Shown: positions 10,724 to 20,269 of the stretch, piece by piece
How positions within the stretch are numbered: position 1 is the first letter of the stretch
Layout of the letters: the number at the start of each line of letters is the position of its first letter
From: Gammaproteobacteria bacterium
GTDB lineage: Bacteria; Pseudomonadota; Gammaproteobacteria; Steroidobacterales; JABDLF01
Assembly: GCA_041565075.1 (NCBI GenBank)
Contig: JBFGOQ010000002.1
Coordinates: 16,211-80,210 of the forward strand
Length of the DNA stretch: 64,000 nt
Reading direction: 5' to 3'
The notes under the pieces: generated by a model
Databases searched by the model: none
Seen by the model: the letters and a program-made list of their open reading frames with translations, nothing else
What the model was told of the DNA's origin: nothing
Program-made: the position numbers and the translations under genes

Positions 10724-11901
10724 AACACGGGGGTTTGCTTACCGTGTTTACCAAAGAGGTGCTCGACAATCTGCGCGACCGGCGCACCCTGCTATCCGCA
10801 CTGTTTTTCGGGCCCCTGTTCGGGCCGGTGTTTTTCTCCATTATCATGAGCATGACGCTGGAGTTGGCGATTTCAGACTCGGAAAAGCCGCTGGCCCTGC
10901 CGGTCATCGGCGCCGCGCATGCACCGAATCTCATCGGCTTCCTGGAACAAAACAATGTCCGGCCGCAGTCCCTGCCGGCAAACACCTCGGCGCGGGCTGT
11001 GGTGCGCAGTGGCGAGCAGCCGCTGGTCCTCGTCATACCCGATTCCTTCGCGACAGCGTTCACCAGCGGGGAACCGGCACTCCTGCAAGTGGTGACAGAC
11101 AAATCCGACAGAGACTCTGGCAAGGACGTCGCCCGTATCAGCGCGGTGCTGGAGTCTTACCAGAAGCGGATTTCCTTGCTGCGTTTGCAGGCCCGGGGGG
11201 TCAGTCCCGCCGTTGCTGTGCCGGTACTGATCGAAGAGCTTGATGTCTCCACGCCCAGCGGGCGCTCCATCCTTGTGCTTGGCATGGTCACCTACTTCCT
11301 CTTCTTCGCGACGCTTATGGGCGGCCTGTATCTTGCCATCGATTCCACGGCCGGTGAGCGCGAGCGGGGCTCGCTGGAGCCGCTTCTCACTTTACCGGTT
11401 TCGCGCGCACATCTGCTGGGGGGAAAGCTTGCAGCAACCTGCGCCTTCATGGTGCTGTCGTTACTGCTGACCCTGATCGCCTTCGCGTTCAGCCTGTCTT
11501 ACATCCCGCTGGAAGAGGTCGACATGTCCGCCAATTTCGGGCCGGAAGTTGTGGCGAAGGCCTTCCTTATTGTGCTGCCCTTCGTGGTTTTCGGCGCGGC
11601 ATTACTGACGCTGGTGGCAAGCTTCACCCGCAGCTACAAGGAGGCACAAAGCTACCTTTCGTTCGTGCTGCTGGTGCCGACACTGCCTATCGTTTTCGCC
11701 GGCCTTTACGCGCTGGAATCGAGTGCCTCCCTCATGCTCGTGCCGAGCCTGAGCCAGCATTTGTTAATCACGGAGCTCATGCGCGGCGAAGCGCTCAACT
11801 TCACGCACGCCGCAATCTCCGTGCTCAGCACACTTGGCCTAGGGGGTCTGCTTGGCCTGATTGCCGGCCGGCTTTACGGGCGTGAGGGAATCCTCGGATA
11901 G
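10720..11901 (+). CDS. ABC-2 family transporter permease (NatB-like)
   Basis: One N-terminal TM, a large periplasmic loop, and a C-terminal cluster of TM helices, as in NatB-type permeases. ATGA overlap with the ATPase gene. Confidence 0.75.
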   Translation: MKHGGLLTVFTKEVLDNLRDRRTLLSALFFGPLFGPVFFSIIMSMTLELAISDSEKPLALPVIGAAHAPNLIGFLEQNNVRPQSLPANTSARAVVRSGEQPLVLVIPDSFATAFTSGEPALLQVVTDKSDRDSGKDVARISAVLESYQKRISLLRLQARGVSPAVAVPVLIEELDVSTPSGRSILVLGMVTYFLFFATLMGGLYLAIDSTAGERERGSLEPLLTLPVSRAHLLGGKLAATCAFMVLSLLLTLIAFAFSLSYIPLEEVDMSANFGPEVVAKAFLIVLPFVVFGAALLTLVASFTRSYKEAQSYLSFVLLVPTLPIVFAGLYALESSASLMLVPSLSQHLLITELMRGEALNFTHAAISVLSTLGLGGLLGLIAGRLYGREGILG

Positions 11902-11919
11902 ATTTGGCCGGGACGGTGC

Positions 11920-13188
11920 TTAGAAATCGATGCCGTAGCTTCCTGCTTTAAGGCACTTCTGAATCATGATGCCCAGGGAGCGATCCGCGAGATCAACAGT
12001 CAGGAATTCCTGCGGCCGCTGGCCTTTTGCATCCATGACGACATAGACCCGTGGCTGCAGCTGCGCTTCTTTATTCTGCTGAATGACAAAGCCAACCTGT
12101 CCGGTTGAGAGTTCTACCAGTGAGCCGGTGGGATAATAACCGAAGGCAAGCGCAAACTCGTTGACCAGGCTCGCATCAAAGTCTTCGTCGCGTTGCGACT
12201 TGAGATAGCGCATGGCTTCATAAGGTGTCGCGCGTCGCCCGTAGCTGCGTTCGCTGATCATTGCATCAAACATGTCCACCAGCGCGGCGATGCGCCCGAG
12301 CATCGGAATGCTGTTACCCGCCAGGCTGTGAGGATAACCGGAACCGTTGTGGCGCTCATGATGTGCGGCAACCAATTCTTCCAGCTGTCCATTGTCCGGA
12401 TCGGCCTTGGAAATAATCTCCACGCTGTACTCGACATGCCGGCGCAGCTGGTGCAATTCCCCGGAGCTCAATGAAAGCGCGCTGGAGCGGTTCAATAATT
12501 CGCTCGGCGTGCGCGTCTTGCCCACATCCAGCAGGGCACCACCAAGCGCCAGCGTTTCCAACATGCCGCGGGGAAAGCCCATGTGCCTGCCCATAGCCGC
12601 CGCCAGTACAGCACAAGCCACAGCGTGGCGGTAAAGATAATCGCCTGCCGGCTGCGTCCGAACCAGATAAAGCAGTGCATCAGGCATGCGCTCGATGCTT
12701 TCAACCAGCGGCACCCGGGCCTTCTTGAGAACCGCCAGATCCTGCAAATCACCCGCCCGCGCCTGTTCATAGGTAGCAATAACGGCCTTGCGAAACTCCG
12801 CATGCGCCGCCTTGGCCGCCGGGAACTCCTGCTCGGTCGGATGCGCGTCCTCGTATTCCTTGGAACCCGCCGTGGCCTCGGCTTGCTCCTCCGGTTTGAC
12901 GGCGCGCGCCTTTTGCTCGAAATACTCGTGATAGCCCGTGCGGCTGTCGCTGCGCACGGGATCGACGAACACATACTCACAGCTCTCGCGCAGCTGATTC
13001 AGCTCTTGCTCTGAATCAACACGGAAGCCCTGGAACGGGAAGTCTGTTTCGCCCCAGGGGCGATCGAGATAGGACACGTACATGCCCAGCCGCAACTCCT
13101 CGGGGTTGAGGATCACCGTGCTGCTCGGATTGAAGTCTTCGTTTTCCACTATGGCGGCTCCGACCGTCATTGAATCAGTGCCGACCAT
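11920..13188 (-). CDS. HD-GYP domain c-di-GMP phosphodiesterase with N-terminal DUF3391-like region
   Basis: HD..HHERHNGSGYPHSL (the HD-GYP signature) and an N-terminal LGMYVSYLDRPW motif. An alternative start lies at 13170. Confidence 0.85.
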   Translation of the reverse strand: MVGTDSMTVGAAIVENEDFNPSSTVILNPEELRLGMYVSYLDRPWGETDFPFQGFRVDSEQELNQLRESCEYVFVDPVRSDSRTGYHEYFEQKARAVKPEEQAEATAGSKEYEDAHPTEQEFPAAKAAHAEFRKAVIATYEQARAGDLQDLAVLKKARVPLVESIERMPDALLYLVRTQPAGDYLYRHAVACAVLAAAMGRHMGFPRGMLETLALGGALLDVGKTRTPSELLNRSSALSLSSGELHQLRRHVEYSVEIISKADPDNGQLEELVAAHHERHNGSGYPHSLAGNSIPMLGRIAALVDMFDAMISERSYGRRATPYEAMRYLKSQRDEDFDASLVNEFALAFGYYPTGSLVELSTGQVGFVIQQNKEAQLQPRVYVVMDAKGQRPQEFLTVDLADRSLGIMIQKCLKAGSYGIDF

Positions 13189-13294
13189 CCTCGGGGAATT
13201 CGCCGCTCAAGTGTGTGATGCGTTTCAAGTTTTCACATAATCAGCTGCCGCTGGCATGAAAAAGCGGCCCGTCCCGCACGCGAAACAGTGTTTT

Positions 13295-13310
13295 TGTGAC
13301 CCACGTCACA
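13295..13310. promoter_or_regulatory. Perfect CRP/Vfr/Clp-family consensus core TGTGA-N6-TCACA
   Basis: The sequence TGTGAcccacgTCACA lies in the 245-bp divergent spacer between the HD-GYP and GGDEF genes. I saw no second perfect copy elsewhere in the window. Confidence 0.5.
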
Positions 13311-13433
13311 CTCCGTTTCCCTGGTCGGCGTCACCGAAAACCAGCGATTTTGCGACTTATGTCACACCAGGCCCGCCTGGGGTCGTTCATTCTGGACCGT
13401 GGCGGACAATCATCCTTCAAAGGAATGGTGTTA

Positions 13434-14636
13434 ATGACGGAGCTCAGAGCAGACGATCGCAAGCAAGCCATCAGGATGCGGCGCTTCCTCATGGCGGCAG
13501 GGTCCTATGCCTTGTGGACGCTGCTGTCGGTAATTCTGTATCAGGCAGGCTACCTGCATGTGCCCGGGCGTCTTGTGCCCTGGCTGATTGGCGGCGTCAT
13601 TTGTTCCAACCTGCTGTTTTTCGCGTTCCTGAAAACCGGGCTTAACCAGCGTCTTCCCGACCCGTCCATGACCAGAGAACAAATACTGGTCGCATTGCTC
13701 TGGGCCCTGGCCCTGATGTTCATGGCCGCCGAGTCGCGCGGCGTGATGATCCCGATTTATCTGATAACCATGCTGTTCGGGGTTTTTCGCCTTGCCATGC
13801 GCCAGTTTGCGCAGCTGGCCGTATTCGCGTTTGTTGGCTATCTGGGTGTGGTGGTCCTGGAGAACCTGTTTTATCCCGAGCGCACCAACTTCACACGCGA
13901 GGTGATCAACATCATCGTCCTCAGCGGTGCTTTGTGCTGGATGGTCCCCTTCGGCAGCTATGTGGGCGGCCTGCGCCAGACTTTACGCGAACGCAACGCC
14001 GACTTGCGCGATGCCGTCAGAGAATTTAGCCAGCTCGCGTTACACGATCCACTGACCGACTCGTTTAATCGGCGCTACATCATGCAAAGCCTGCATGACG
14101 AAAAAGTTCGTGCCGATCGCACCAACTCTGCGTTCTCGGTAGCTATCATGGATCTTGATCACTTCAAGAAGATCAACGACCGCTTTGGCCACTTGACGGG
14201 CGACAATGTTCTCAAGAGTTTTGCCGCGTTGGTGCGCGGCGAGATCGATGCTATGCGCCAGGAAGGGATTGGCGATGGCCTTGAGAGTTTTGCCCGCTAC
14301 GGCGGGGAGGAATTCATCCTGGTCCTGCCCCATACGCAGTTACAGCAGGCCGCCGCTTACTGTGAAAGAATTCGCCGCGCCACCTTTGACGCCAGCTTTG
14401 ATGATGTATTCCGAATTACCGTATCCATCGGCGTGAGTGAATATCGCCCCGGTGAGCGTTTCGAGGATACCTTGCGCCGCGCCGATCAGGCTATGTACCA
14501 GGCCAAAGATGCCGGTCGAGACCGGGTGCGAGTCTTTGAAGAAGACGGTGCTGACCCCAGGAAACATTACAGCGGTCTGCACAATGTGCTGACCGGCCGT
14601 TTTCGCAAGATTGACCCGCAAAGCGGCGGCGCCTGA
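13434..14636 (+). CDS. Membrane-bound diguanylate cyclase (GGDEF domain)
   Basis: Several N-terminal TM helices, then a GGDEF domain with active site RYGGEEF and DHFKKINDRFGH. The start is set at the ATG preceded by AGGA (13421-13424). Alternatives are 13425 or the track start at 13296. Confidence 0.85.
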   Translation: MTELRADDRKQAIRMRRFLMAAGSYALWTLLSVILYQAGYLHVPGRLVPWLIGGVICSNLLFFAFLKTGLNQRLPDPSMTREQILVALLWALALMFMAAESRGVMIPIYLITMLFGVFRLAMRQFAQLAVFAFVGYLGVVVLENLFYPERTNFTREVINIIVLSGALCWMVPFGSYVGGLRQTLRERNADLRDAVREFSQLALHDPLTDSFNRRYIMQSLHDEKVRADRTNSAFSVAIMDLDHFKKINDRFGHLTGDNVLKSFAALVRGEIDAMRQEGIGDGLESFARYGGEEFILVLPHTQLQQAAAYCERIRRATFDASFDDVFRITVSIGVSEYRPGERFEDTLRRADQAMYQAKDAGRDRVRVFEEDGADPRKHYSGLHNVLTGRFRKIDPQSGGA

Positions 14637-14665
14637 TACGCCCCGCCGACAACTTCAAGCAGAAC

Positions 14666-16069
14666 TCAAACCACCCGGGAATAGCGCGCGCCCGCGTCTT
14701 CACGACCCTTAAGGTAGGCATCAAAGACCATGGCTATGGGGCGCAGGAGGAAGCGGCCTGTATCGCTAACGTGAATTTGCGCGCCTGCCACCTCTACCAG
14801 CCCATCATCGGCAAATTGTGCCAGCGCGTTCAGCTCGGCACTGAAATAGCTCAAAAAGTCTATGTCGAATTCGGCGCTGATTTTGGCGCCATCAACGTAA
14901 CTGTGACACATCAGCGCCTGGATGACCGCGCGCCGCAGGCGGTCGTCATGACCAAGTCTTAAGCCCCGTGCAATAGCAAGCTCGCCCCCATCGATTGCTG
15001 CATAATATTCCGCCAGGGTCTTGTGGTTCTGCGCGTAACCATCGCCGACTTTGCCAATGGCTGTCATACCGAGGCCGACCAGATCACAGTCGGCATGGGT
15101 TGAATACCCCTGGAAATTCCGCTGTAGCGCCCGGTTTTCCTGCGCGCGTACCAGGTCATCGTCCGGCAATGCAAAGTGATCAAGCCCGATATACACGTAC
15201 CCGGCCTCGGTCAGGCGCTCCACGGTTTCGCTGAATATCTGCAGTTTCTGACCGGCATCAGGCAAGTCCTCTTGCCTGATAAGTTTCTGGGCACGGAACA
15301 TGCCCGGTAGATGCGCGTAATTGTAGATCGCCAGGCGCTCGGGCCTGAATGCGATAATTTGCTCCAGTGTTCGCCCGAAACTTGTCGGCGTCTGATGCGG
15401 CAAGCCATAGATCAGGTCCAAAGAAAGCGCGCCGAAGCCTGCGGCACGTGCGTCTTCGATCGCCGCCAGTGTCATGTCCGCCGGTTGCAGGCGGTTTACA
15501 GCGGCCTGCACCTTGGGATCAAGGTCCTGCACGCCGAAGCTGACCCGATCAAAGCCCTGTTGCCGCAGCACGTCGAGGCTCCCGCTGCGGAGTGTTCGCG
15601 GATCAATCTCGATGGAAAACTCTCGCTCGCCCGGTGGCGCGAAGCCGAAACCGCTCTCTAAGTGTGCCATCAGCTTTGTCATTTGATCGGCGCTAAGAAA
15701 GGTAGGCGTACCGCCGCCAAAATGAAGCTGCCGCAGGGCACGCTGCTGATCGAACAGGCGCGCTTGCAAGTCGATTTCGCGGTACAGACGTTGCATGTAG
15801 GTAGCCGCTTTTTCGGGGTGCCTCGTGACTATCTTGCTGCAGGCGCAGTAGTAACAAAGCGTCTTGCAGAACGGGATATGCACATAGACTGACAACCCCT
15901 TTGGCGGCGTTTTCGCGTTGCTGGCGGCGCATAAGGCCTGGTAGTTTTCGCGCGTAAAGTCCGCGGTGAAATAATTTGCCGTTGGATAAGAGGTATACCT
16001 TGGGCCCAAGCCGTCATAACGGCGTATGAGGTCGGCATCGAATGCGCTGATGGTTGATTTGGTTTGCAT
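14666..16069 (-). CDS. hemN: Oxygen-independent coproporphyrinogen III oxidase
   Basis: Radical-SAM CxxxCxxC (PFCKTLCYYCAC) and the GGGTPTFL motif, with full-length HemN resemblance. The start is set at MQTKSTISAFDADLIRRY. Confidence 0.93.
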   Translation of the reverse strand: MQTKSTISAFDADLIRRYDGLGPRYTSYPTANYFTADFTRENYQALCAASNAKTPPKGLSVYVHIPFCKTLCYYCACSKIVTRHPEKAATYMQRLYREIDLQARLFDQQRALRQLHFGGGTPTFLSADQMTKLMAHLESGFGFAPPGEREFSIEIDPRTLRSGSLDVLRQQGFDRVSFGVQDLDPKVQAAVNRLQPADMTLAAIEDARAAGFGALSLDLIYGLPHQTPTSFGRTLEQIIAFRPERLAIYNYAHLPGMFRAQKLIRQEDLPDAGQKLQIFSETVERLTEAGYVYIGLDHFALPDDDLVRAQENRALQRNFQGYSTHADCDLVGLGMTAIGKVGDGYAQNHKTLAEYYAAIDGGELAIARGLRLGHDDRLRRAVIQALMCHSYVDGAKISAEFDIDFLSYFSAELNALAQFADDGLVEVAGAQIHVSDTGRFLLRPIAMVFDAYLKGREDAGARYSRVV

Positions 16070-16251
16070 CTGCTCTATCTGCTGAATCGCTACCACGCCG
16101 GCCAACGATATTGGCCTCACAGTCTACGAGGCGCAAGCATTTCTCGGCAACGGTAGTCTTCGCGCGTCAGTACGCGTATTTACGTATTGCATTTTGTCGC
16201 CGGCCAAAGTGACTGCGTCGCCCACAGCCCCGGGTCCAGACCGCGCCGCCA

Positions 16252-17619
16252 TCACTTGCCGACACAGAAACTACTAAAAATGCGGCCAAGTAAATCATCG
16301 CTGGAAACCTCGCCGGTGATTTCTCCCAGCGCCTGTTGTGCCAGCCTCAGTTCTTCGGCCATAAGCTCGCCCGCTTTGGCCTGAAGCAGCTGCCGCCCGC
16401 CCTCCTCTGCATGAGCACGCGCGTCCGCCAGCGCCTGAAGATGGCGCCGGCGCGCGCTCAGGGTGCCTGAGCCCGGGCTTTCAAAGCCCATGACCTTTTT
16501 CAGGTGCGCGCGAAGCTCGGCCAGGCCGGCGCCCGTCTTTGCGGAGATGCTCAGGGTCGTTCGCGGGCCTTCGGCGCAACCCGGGAGCTCGCCGCTGAGG
16601 TCGATCTTGTTCCGCACTACCGTTACAGGCAGGGTTTTGGGGAATTCCCGCAACAGCCGCGCAATTTCCTGTTGCACGCTTGTGTTGGCGTCAACCACCA
16701 ACAGCACCCGGTCCGCGCTGCGGGCTGCGGCGCGCGCACGCCGCACGCCTTCTTGCTCAATGGCATCCGGCGCATCACGCAGCCCGGCCGTATCAAGAAC
16801 GTGCAGGGGCATGCCGTCAATGGCGATGCGCTCTTGCAGAACATCGCGGGTCGTGCCCGGCATTGCGGTGACAATGGCGGCGTCGTAGCCGGCCAGCCTG
16901 TTGAGGAGGCTCGACTTGCCGGCGTTGGGGGGACCGGCAATTACCACTGTCATGCCTTCTTGCAGCAAGCAGCCCTGGCGGGTCACCGAGTGCAGTGCAT
17001 CGAAGCGCGCAAACAAGCCCTCAAGCAATGACGACAGCTCGGGGTCTGAAAGAAAATCGATTTCTTCTTCCGGAAAATCAATCGCCGCTTCCGTATACAT
17101 CCTGAGTTCCGTAAGCGCTTCGGCCAGCTCGTTTACATGGCGCGAAAACTCACCCTGCATTGATCGCAGGGCCGCGCGAGCCGCCGCTTCTGACCCGCTT
17201 TCAATCAGGTCGGCGATGGCTTCTGCCTGGGCGAGGTCCAGGCGATCGTTCAGAAATGCGCGCATGGAAAATTCGCCGGGGCGCGCGGGTCGTGCGCCCA
17301 GCGCCAACACCCGCGCCATCAGCATGTCCATGTCATGAGGACCACCCTGGCCCTGCAGCTCGAGCACATCTTCGCCGGTGAATGATGCCGGCGCCCGAAA
17401 AAACAGTGCTATGCCCTCGTCAATGGGCTCGCCCCCGGCATCACGGAACTTTCGATAAGCCGCGTGCCGGGGCGCCGGGCAATTGCCGAGTACGCTTTTG
17501 GCAATGTGGCGAGTCAGTACGCCCGAGACCCGCACAACGCCCACGCCCCCACGTCCCGGCGGCGTCGCTACCGCGGCGATGGTGTCCTGTTCTGCGTCGG
17601 TGGCCGGGGCTTCGCTCAT
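16252..17619 (-). CDS. mnmE: tRNA modification GTPase MnmE (TrmE)
   Basis: N-terminal [21 protein letters not shown]-domain [12 protein letters not shown] / DTAGLR, and C-terminal CVGK. Confidence 0.96.
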   Translation of the reverse strand: MSEAPATDAEQDTIAAVATPPGRGGVGVVRVSGVLTRHIAKSVLGNCPAPRHAAYRKFRDAGGEPIDEGIALFFRAPASFTGEDVLELQGQGGPHDMDMLMARVLALGARPARPGEFSMRAFLNDRLDLAQAEAIADLIESGSEAAARAALRSMQGEFSRHVNELAEALTELRMYTEAAIDFPEEEIDFLSDPELSSLLEGLFARFDALHSVTRQGCLLQEGMTVVIAGPPNAGKSSLLNRLAGYDAAIVTAMPGTTRDVLQERIAIDGMPLHVLDTAGLRDAPDAIEQEGVRRARAAARSADRVLLVVDANTSVQQEIARLLREFPKTLPVTVVRNKIDLSGELPGCAEGPRTTLSISAKTGAGLAELRAHLKKVMGFESPGSGTLSARRRHLQALADARAHAEEGGRQLLQAKAGELMAEELRLAQQALGEITGEVSSDDLLGRIFSSFCVGK

Positions 17620-17675
17620 AGCTGTGCGTCTTCTGGGGCTTCCTGCGAAAGATAGCAGGGCTGCCAGTGACCATA

Positions 17676-19337
17676 TCAGCGCTCGGCTTCCACCACCTTA
17701 TTAATCCGCCACTGCTGCGCGATGGAAAGCAGGTTGTTTACCAGCCAGTAAAGCACGAGACCCGACGGGAAGACCGCCATGAAAGCGCCCATCAACAGCG
17801 GCATGGCCAACATTACTTTTGCCTGCACCGGATCGGTCGGCTGCGGATTGAGTTTTTGCATGGCGAACATGCTTATGCCCATGAGAACGGGCAGAATGAA
17901 ATACGGGTCGCGGGACGACAGGTCGTTGATCCATAGCACCCACGGTGCCTGGCGCAGCTCAACGCTTTCGATCAGAACCCAGTAAAGCGCAAAAAACACC
18001 GGCATTTGTACCAACAGCGGCAGACATCCTGCGGCAGGATTTGCCTTTTCCTGCTTGTATAGCTCCATCATGGCCTGGCTGAGTTTCTGCCGGTCATCCT
18101 TGTAGCGCTCCTGCAGCGCTTTCATGCGCGGCTGTAATTTGCGCATCTTTGCCATGGACCTGCCGCTGGTTTCCGCCAGCTTGTAGAAAACAATCTTGAT
18201 TAGAAGCGTCAGAAGAATTATCGACCAGCCCCAGTTGCCAACAAAGGAGTGGATCTTGTTCAGAATCCAGAACAGCGGCTGCGCGATAATTGTGGTAAAG
18301 CCGTAATCTACGGTCAGCGCCAGTTTCGGCCCTACTTCTTGCAGCTGTTTTTGCAGCTTGGGCCCAACAAACAAAGTCTGCTTAAACGTCTCGCTGGACC
18401 CGGGAGCAACATCGCGCGCGGGGCCTGTCGTTCGCAACAAGAACCGGTCGTTGCCCAGCAGCTGTGCCTCCAGGCCATATGCGATGCCCCGTGGCGGCAC
18501 TGCCGCAACCAGGAAGTGGTGCTGAATGAGTGCCACCCAACCGGCCGGGCTGTTTACGCGCCAGGCGTTGTTTTCCAGGTCGCCGGCGTCAAGTTTCTCG
18601 TATTTTTCGCCGTCGTAGACGGCCGGGCCACGATAAGAATAGGACTCCACCGAGGCGAACGACCGCTCGATGTCGGTGTGCTTGCGGATTAGCTGCACAT
18701 AATCGACGCCACGCCACGGCGCCGTTCCGCGGTTGTTCAGGCGCGTCTCGACATCTACCTGGTAGCTCCCGCGCCGGAACAGATATGTGCGCGTCGCCTC
18801 CAGCTCGCCGGCCTGCCAGCGCAGCGTTACGACCAGCTCCCCGCTGCCGTCAGCCAGCCGGTACTCGGGGCGGGGGGCGACCCATGTCGCGCGATGATTC
18901 GGTTCGTCGTCTTCCGCCGCAGAGTGCAGCCCCATTTGTGCAACAAAATAATCGTCTGTCGTATCCAGCAATATTACCGGTTGGTCGGGGCGTGATTTTT
19001 CGACGGGATAGCGCAGCATGGCAGCATGAACCAGGGACCCCCCTAGCGTCTCGATCTGCAAATCAAGCACGTCGGTTAGCACCCTCACCCGCTCGGCACC
19101 TGCATCCGTTGTTTGCGGAACCGGCACAACACTCGCGTCGTCTGTTGGCTGCGTGATGTCCGGGAGCGTCGGCAGCTCCACCGCGTCGATGGCGCGATCT
19201 GGCCCCTGTTCACTTGCGGCATCCGTCGCCGCCGGCCGGGGCGGCGTGCGGGGATGGTAATCCTCTATCCACGCCTGATAAATCAGAAAGAGCACGAGCC
19301 CCAGAGAAGCCCACAAGAGAAAACGCTGATTATCCAT
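17676..19337 (-). CDS. yidC: Membrane protein insertase YidC
   Basis: 553 aa with one N-terminal TM, a large periplasmic domain, and a conserved C-terminal 5-TM core ([16 protein letters not shown]). Canonical position upstream of mnmE. Confidence 0.96.
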   Translation of the reverse strand: MDNQRFLLWASLGLVLFLIYQAWIEDYHPRTPPRPAATDAASEQGPDRAIDAVELPTLPDITQPTDDASVVPVPQTTDAGAERVRVLTDVLDLQIETLGGSLVHAAMLRYPVEKSRPDQPVILLDTTDDYFVAQMGLHSAAEDDEPNHRATWVAPRPEYRLADGSGELVVTLRWQAGELEATRTYLFRRGSYQVDVETRLNNRGTAPWRGVDYVQLIRKHTDIERSFASVESYSYRGPAVYDGEKYEKLDAGDLENNAWRVNSPAGWVALIQHHFLVAAVPPRGIAYGLEAQLLGNDRFLLRTTGPARDVAPGSSETFKQTLFVGPKLQKQLQEVGPKLALTVDYGFTTIIAQPLFWILNKIHSFVGNWGWSIILLTLLIKIVFYKLAETSGRSMAKMRKLQPRMKALQERYKDDRQKLSQAMMELYKQEKANPAAGCLPLLVQMPVFFALYWVLIESVELRQAPWVLWINDLSSRDPYFILPVLMGISMFAMQKLNPQPTDPVQAKVMLAMPLLMGAFMAVFPSGLVLYWLVNNLLSIAQQWRINKVVEAER

Positions 19338-19563
19338 GGCGGCGCGCCTCCGCCTTTGGTACAGGGTCGATGCCGCCGGGGTGCCAGGGGTGGCAGCGCA
19401 CCATCCTTTTCGCGGCCAATGCCGCGCCGCGCCTTGCCCCGTGGTTTTTCAGGGCCCCGATCGCGTAATTAGAGCAGCTTGGGTAAAAGCGACACCGCGC
19501 CCCCAGTAGTGGGCTGACCACAAGCTGGTAGCAGCGAATGATGCTGATCAGGATCCTGCGCAT
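19330..19563 (-). CDS. yidD: Membrane protein insertion efficiency factor YidD
   Basis: CRFYPSCSNYA and RCHPWHPGGIDPVP motifs. Overlaps both rnpA and yidC. Confidence 0.93.
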   Translation of the reverse strand: MRRILISIIRCYQLVVSPLLGARCRFYPSCSNYAIGALKNHGARRGAALAAKRMVRCHPWHPGGIDPVPKAEARRHG

Positions 19564-19847
19564 TTCTTGTCGACGCTCCGAAAAAGACTTGTCAGGCTGG
19601 CGCGCATCTCATTGCCTTTTTTCTCGTGGATTCCGCTGCGAGCCATCACCACTATGTCGATGTTACCGAGTTCGTCCTGCATAAGACGAAAAGCTTCGCG
19701 CGCGGCCCGCTTAACCCTGTTGCGCGCAACGGCATTTCCGGCCGCTTTTATCGAAATTGCAAGCCCCAGGCGCGGGCGCCCCATTTTGTTGCGGCGCCCC
19801 AGAACGGTAAACCAGCGGTCGCCCGCCCGGGCGGCACCATCGAACAC
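19548..19847 (-). CDS. rnpA: Ribonuclease P protein component. The 5' end is uncertain: conserved sequence continues upstream of the only canonical start.
   Basis: RPRLGLAISIKAAGNAVARNRVKRAAREAFR is the RnpA RNR motif region. The GTG at 19845-19847 is the only ATG/GTG/TTG in the open frame, which extends to 19964. See the rnpA finding. Confidence 0.85.
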   Translation of the reverse strand: MFDGAARAGDRWFTVLGRRNKMGRPRLGLAISIKAAGNAVARNRVKRAAREAFRLMQDELGNIDIVVMARSGIHEKKGNEMRASLTSLFRSVDKKCAGS

Positions 19848-19924
19848 TGTCTGGAAGTCGGCCGCGCGCCTCAGTCGGCTGCCGAGCGGGAGCCTGTTGT
19901 GCCGTCGGTCGCCGGGCGCTGGCG

Positions 19925-20059
19925 TTACGGACAGAGCCGCGCCCGGCCTTTGCGCCGGCGGCGGTTAAGTATCGCGCGGCCGCTCTTGCTCGCCATGCGG
20001 GCCCTGAAGCCGTGGGTGCGTTTGCGGCGCAGATTGCTGGGTTGGAACGTGCGTTTCAT
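19925..20059 (-). CDS. rpmH: 50S ribosomal protein L34
   Basis: Manual translation of the minus strand gives [44 protein letters not shown] followed by TAA. It is too short to appear in the ORF track. Confidence 0.97.
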   Translation of the reverse strand: MKRTFQPSNLRRKRTHGFRARMASKSGRAILNRRRRKGRARLCP

Positions 20060-20189
20060 TTTTCAGACCGGCAAGTGATATTTGCTTTAAAGCTCAAAGG
20101 GCTGCGAGCCCTTTAAAATGGCCGGCAAGGGTACCGGTCGCCCCCTGGAGTGTCAACCAAAGTGCGCCTGCGTTTGGGGCTTTGTGGCC

Positions 20190-20198
20190 TGTGGATAA
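20190..20198 (-). promoter_or_regulatory. Perfect DnaA box (TTATCCACA on the minus strand) in the rpmH-dnaA spacer
   Basis: TGTGGATAA lies 72 bp upstream of the dnaA start, consistent with dnaA autoregulation or an origin element. Confidence 0.7.
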
Positions 20199-20269
20199 GT
20201 CTAGCCCGTGGGTATACACTGACCCGCTTTCCGCGGCTTCCGCCACAACACTCAAACAAGGGAGCAGGG

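Noticed and set aside
16070-16251. An expected FNR/Anr box (TTGAT-N4-ATCAA) upstream of hemN
   Set aside because: I read the 182-bp spacer on both strands and found no TTGAT or ATCAA half-site. Only the short palindromes TACGCGTA and TACGTA are present, and I cannot assign them. No regulatory site is called.
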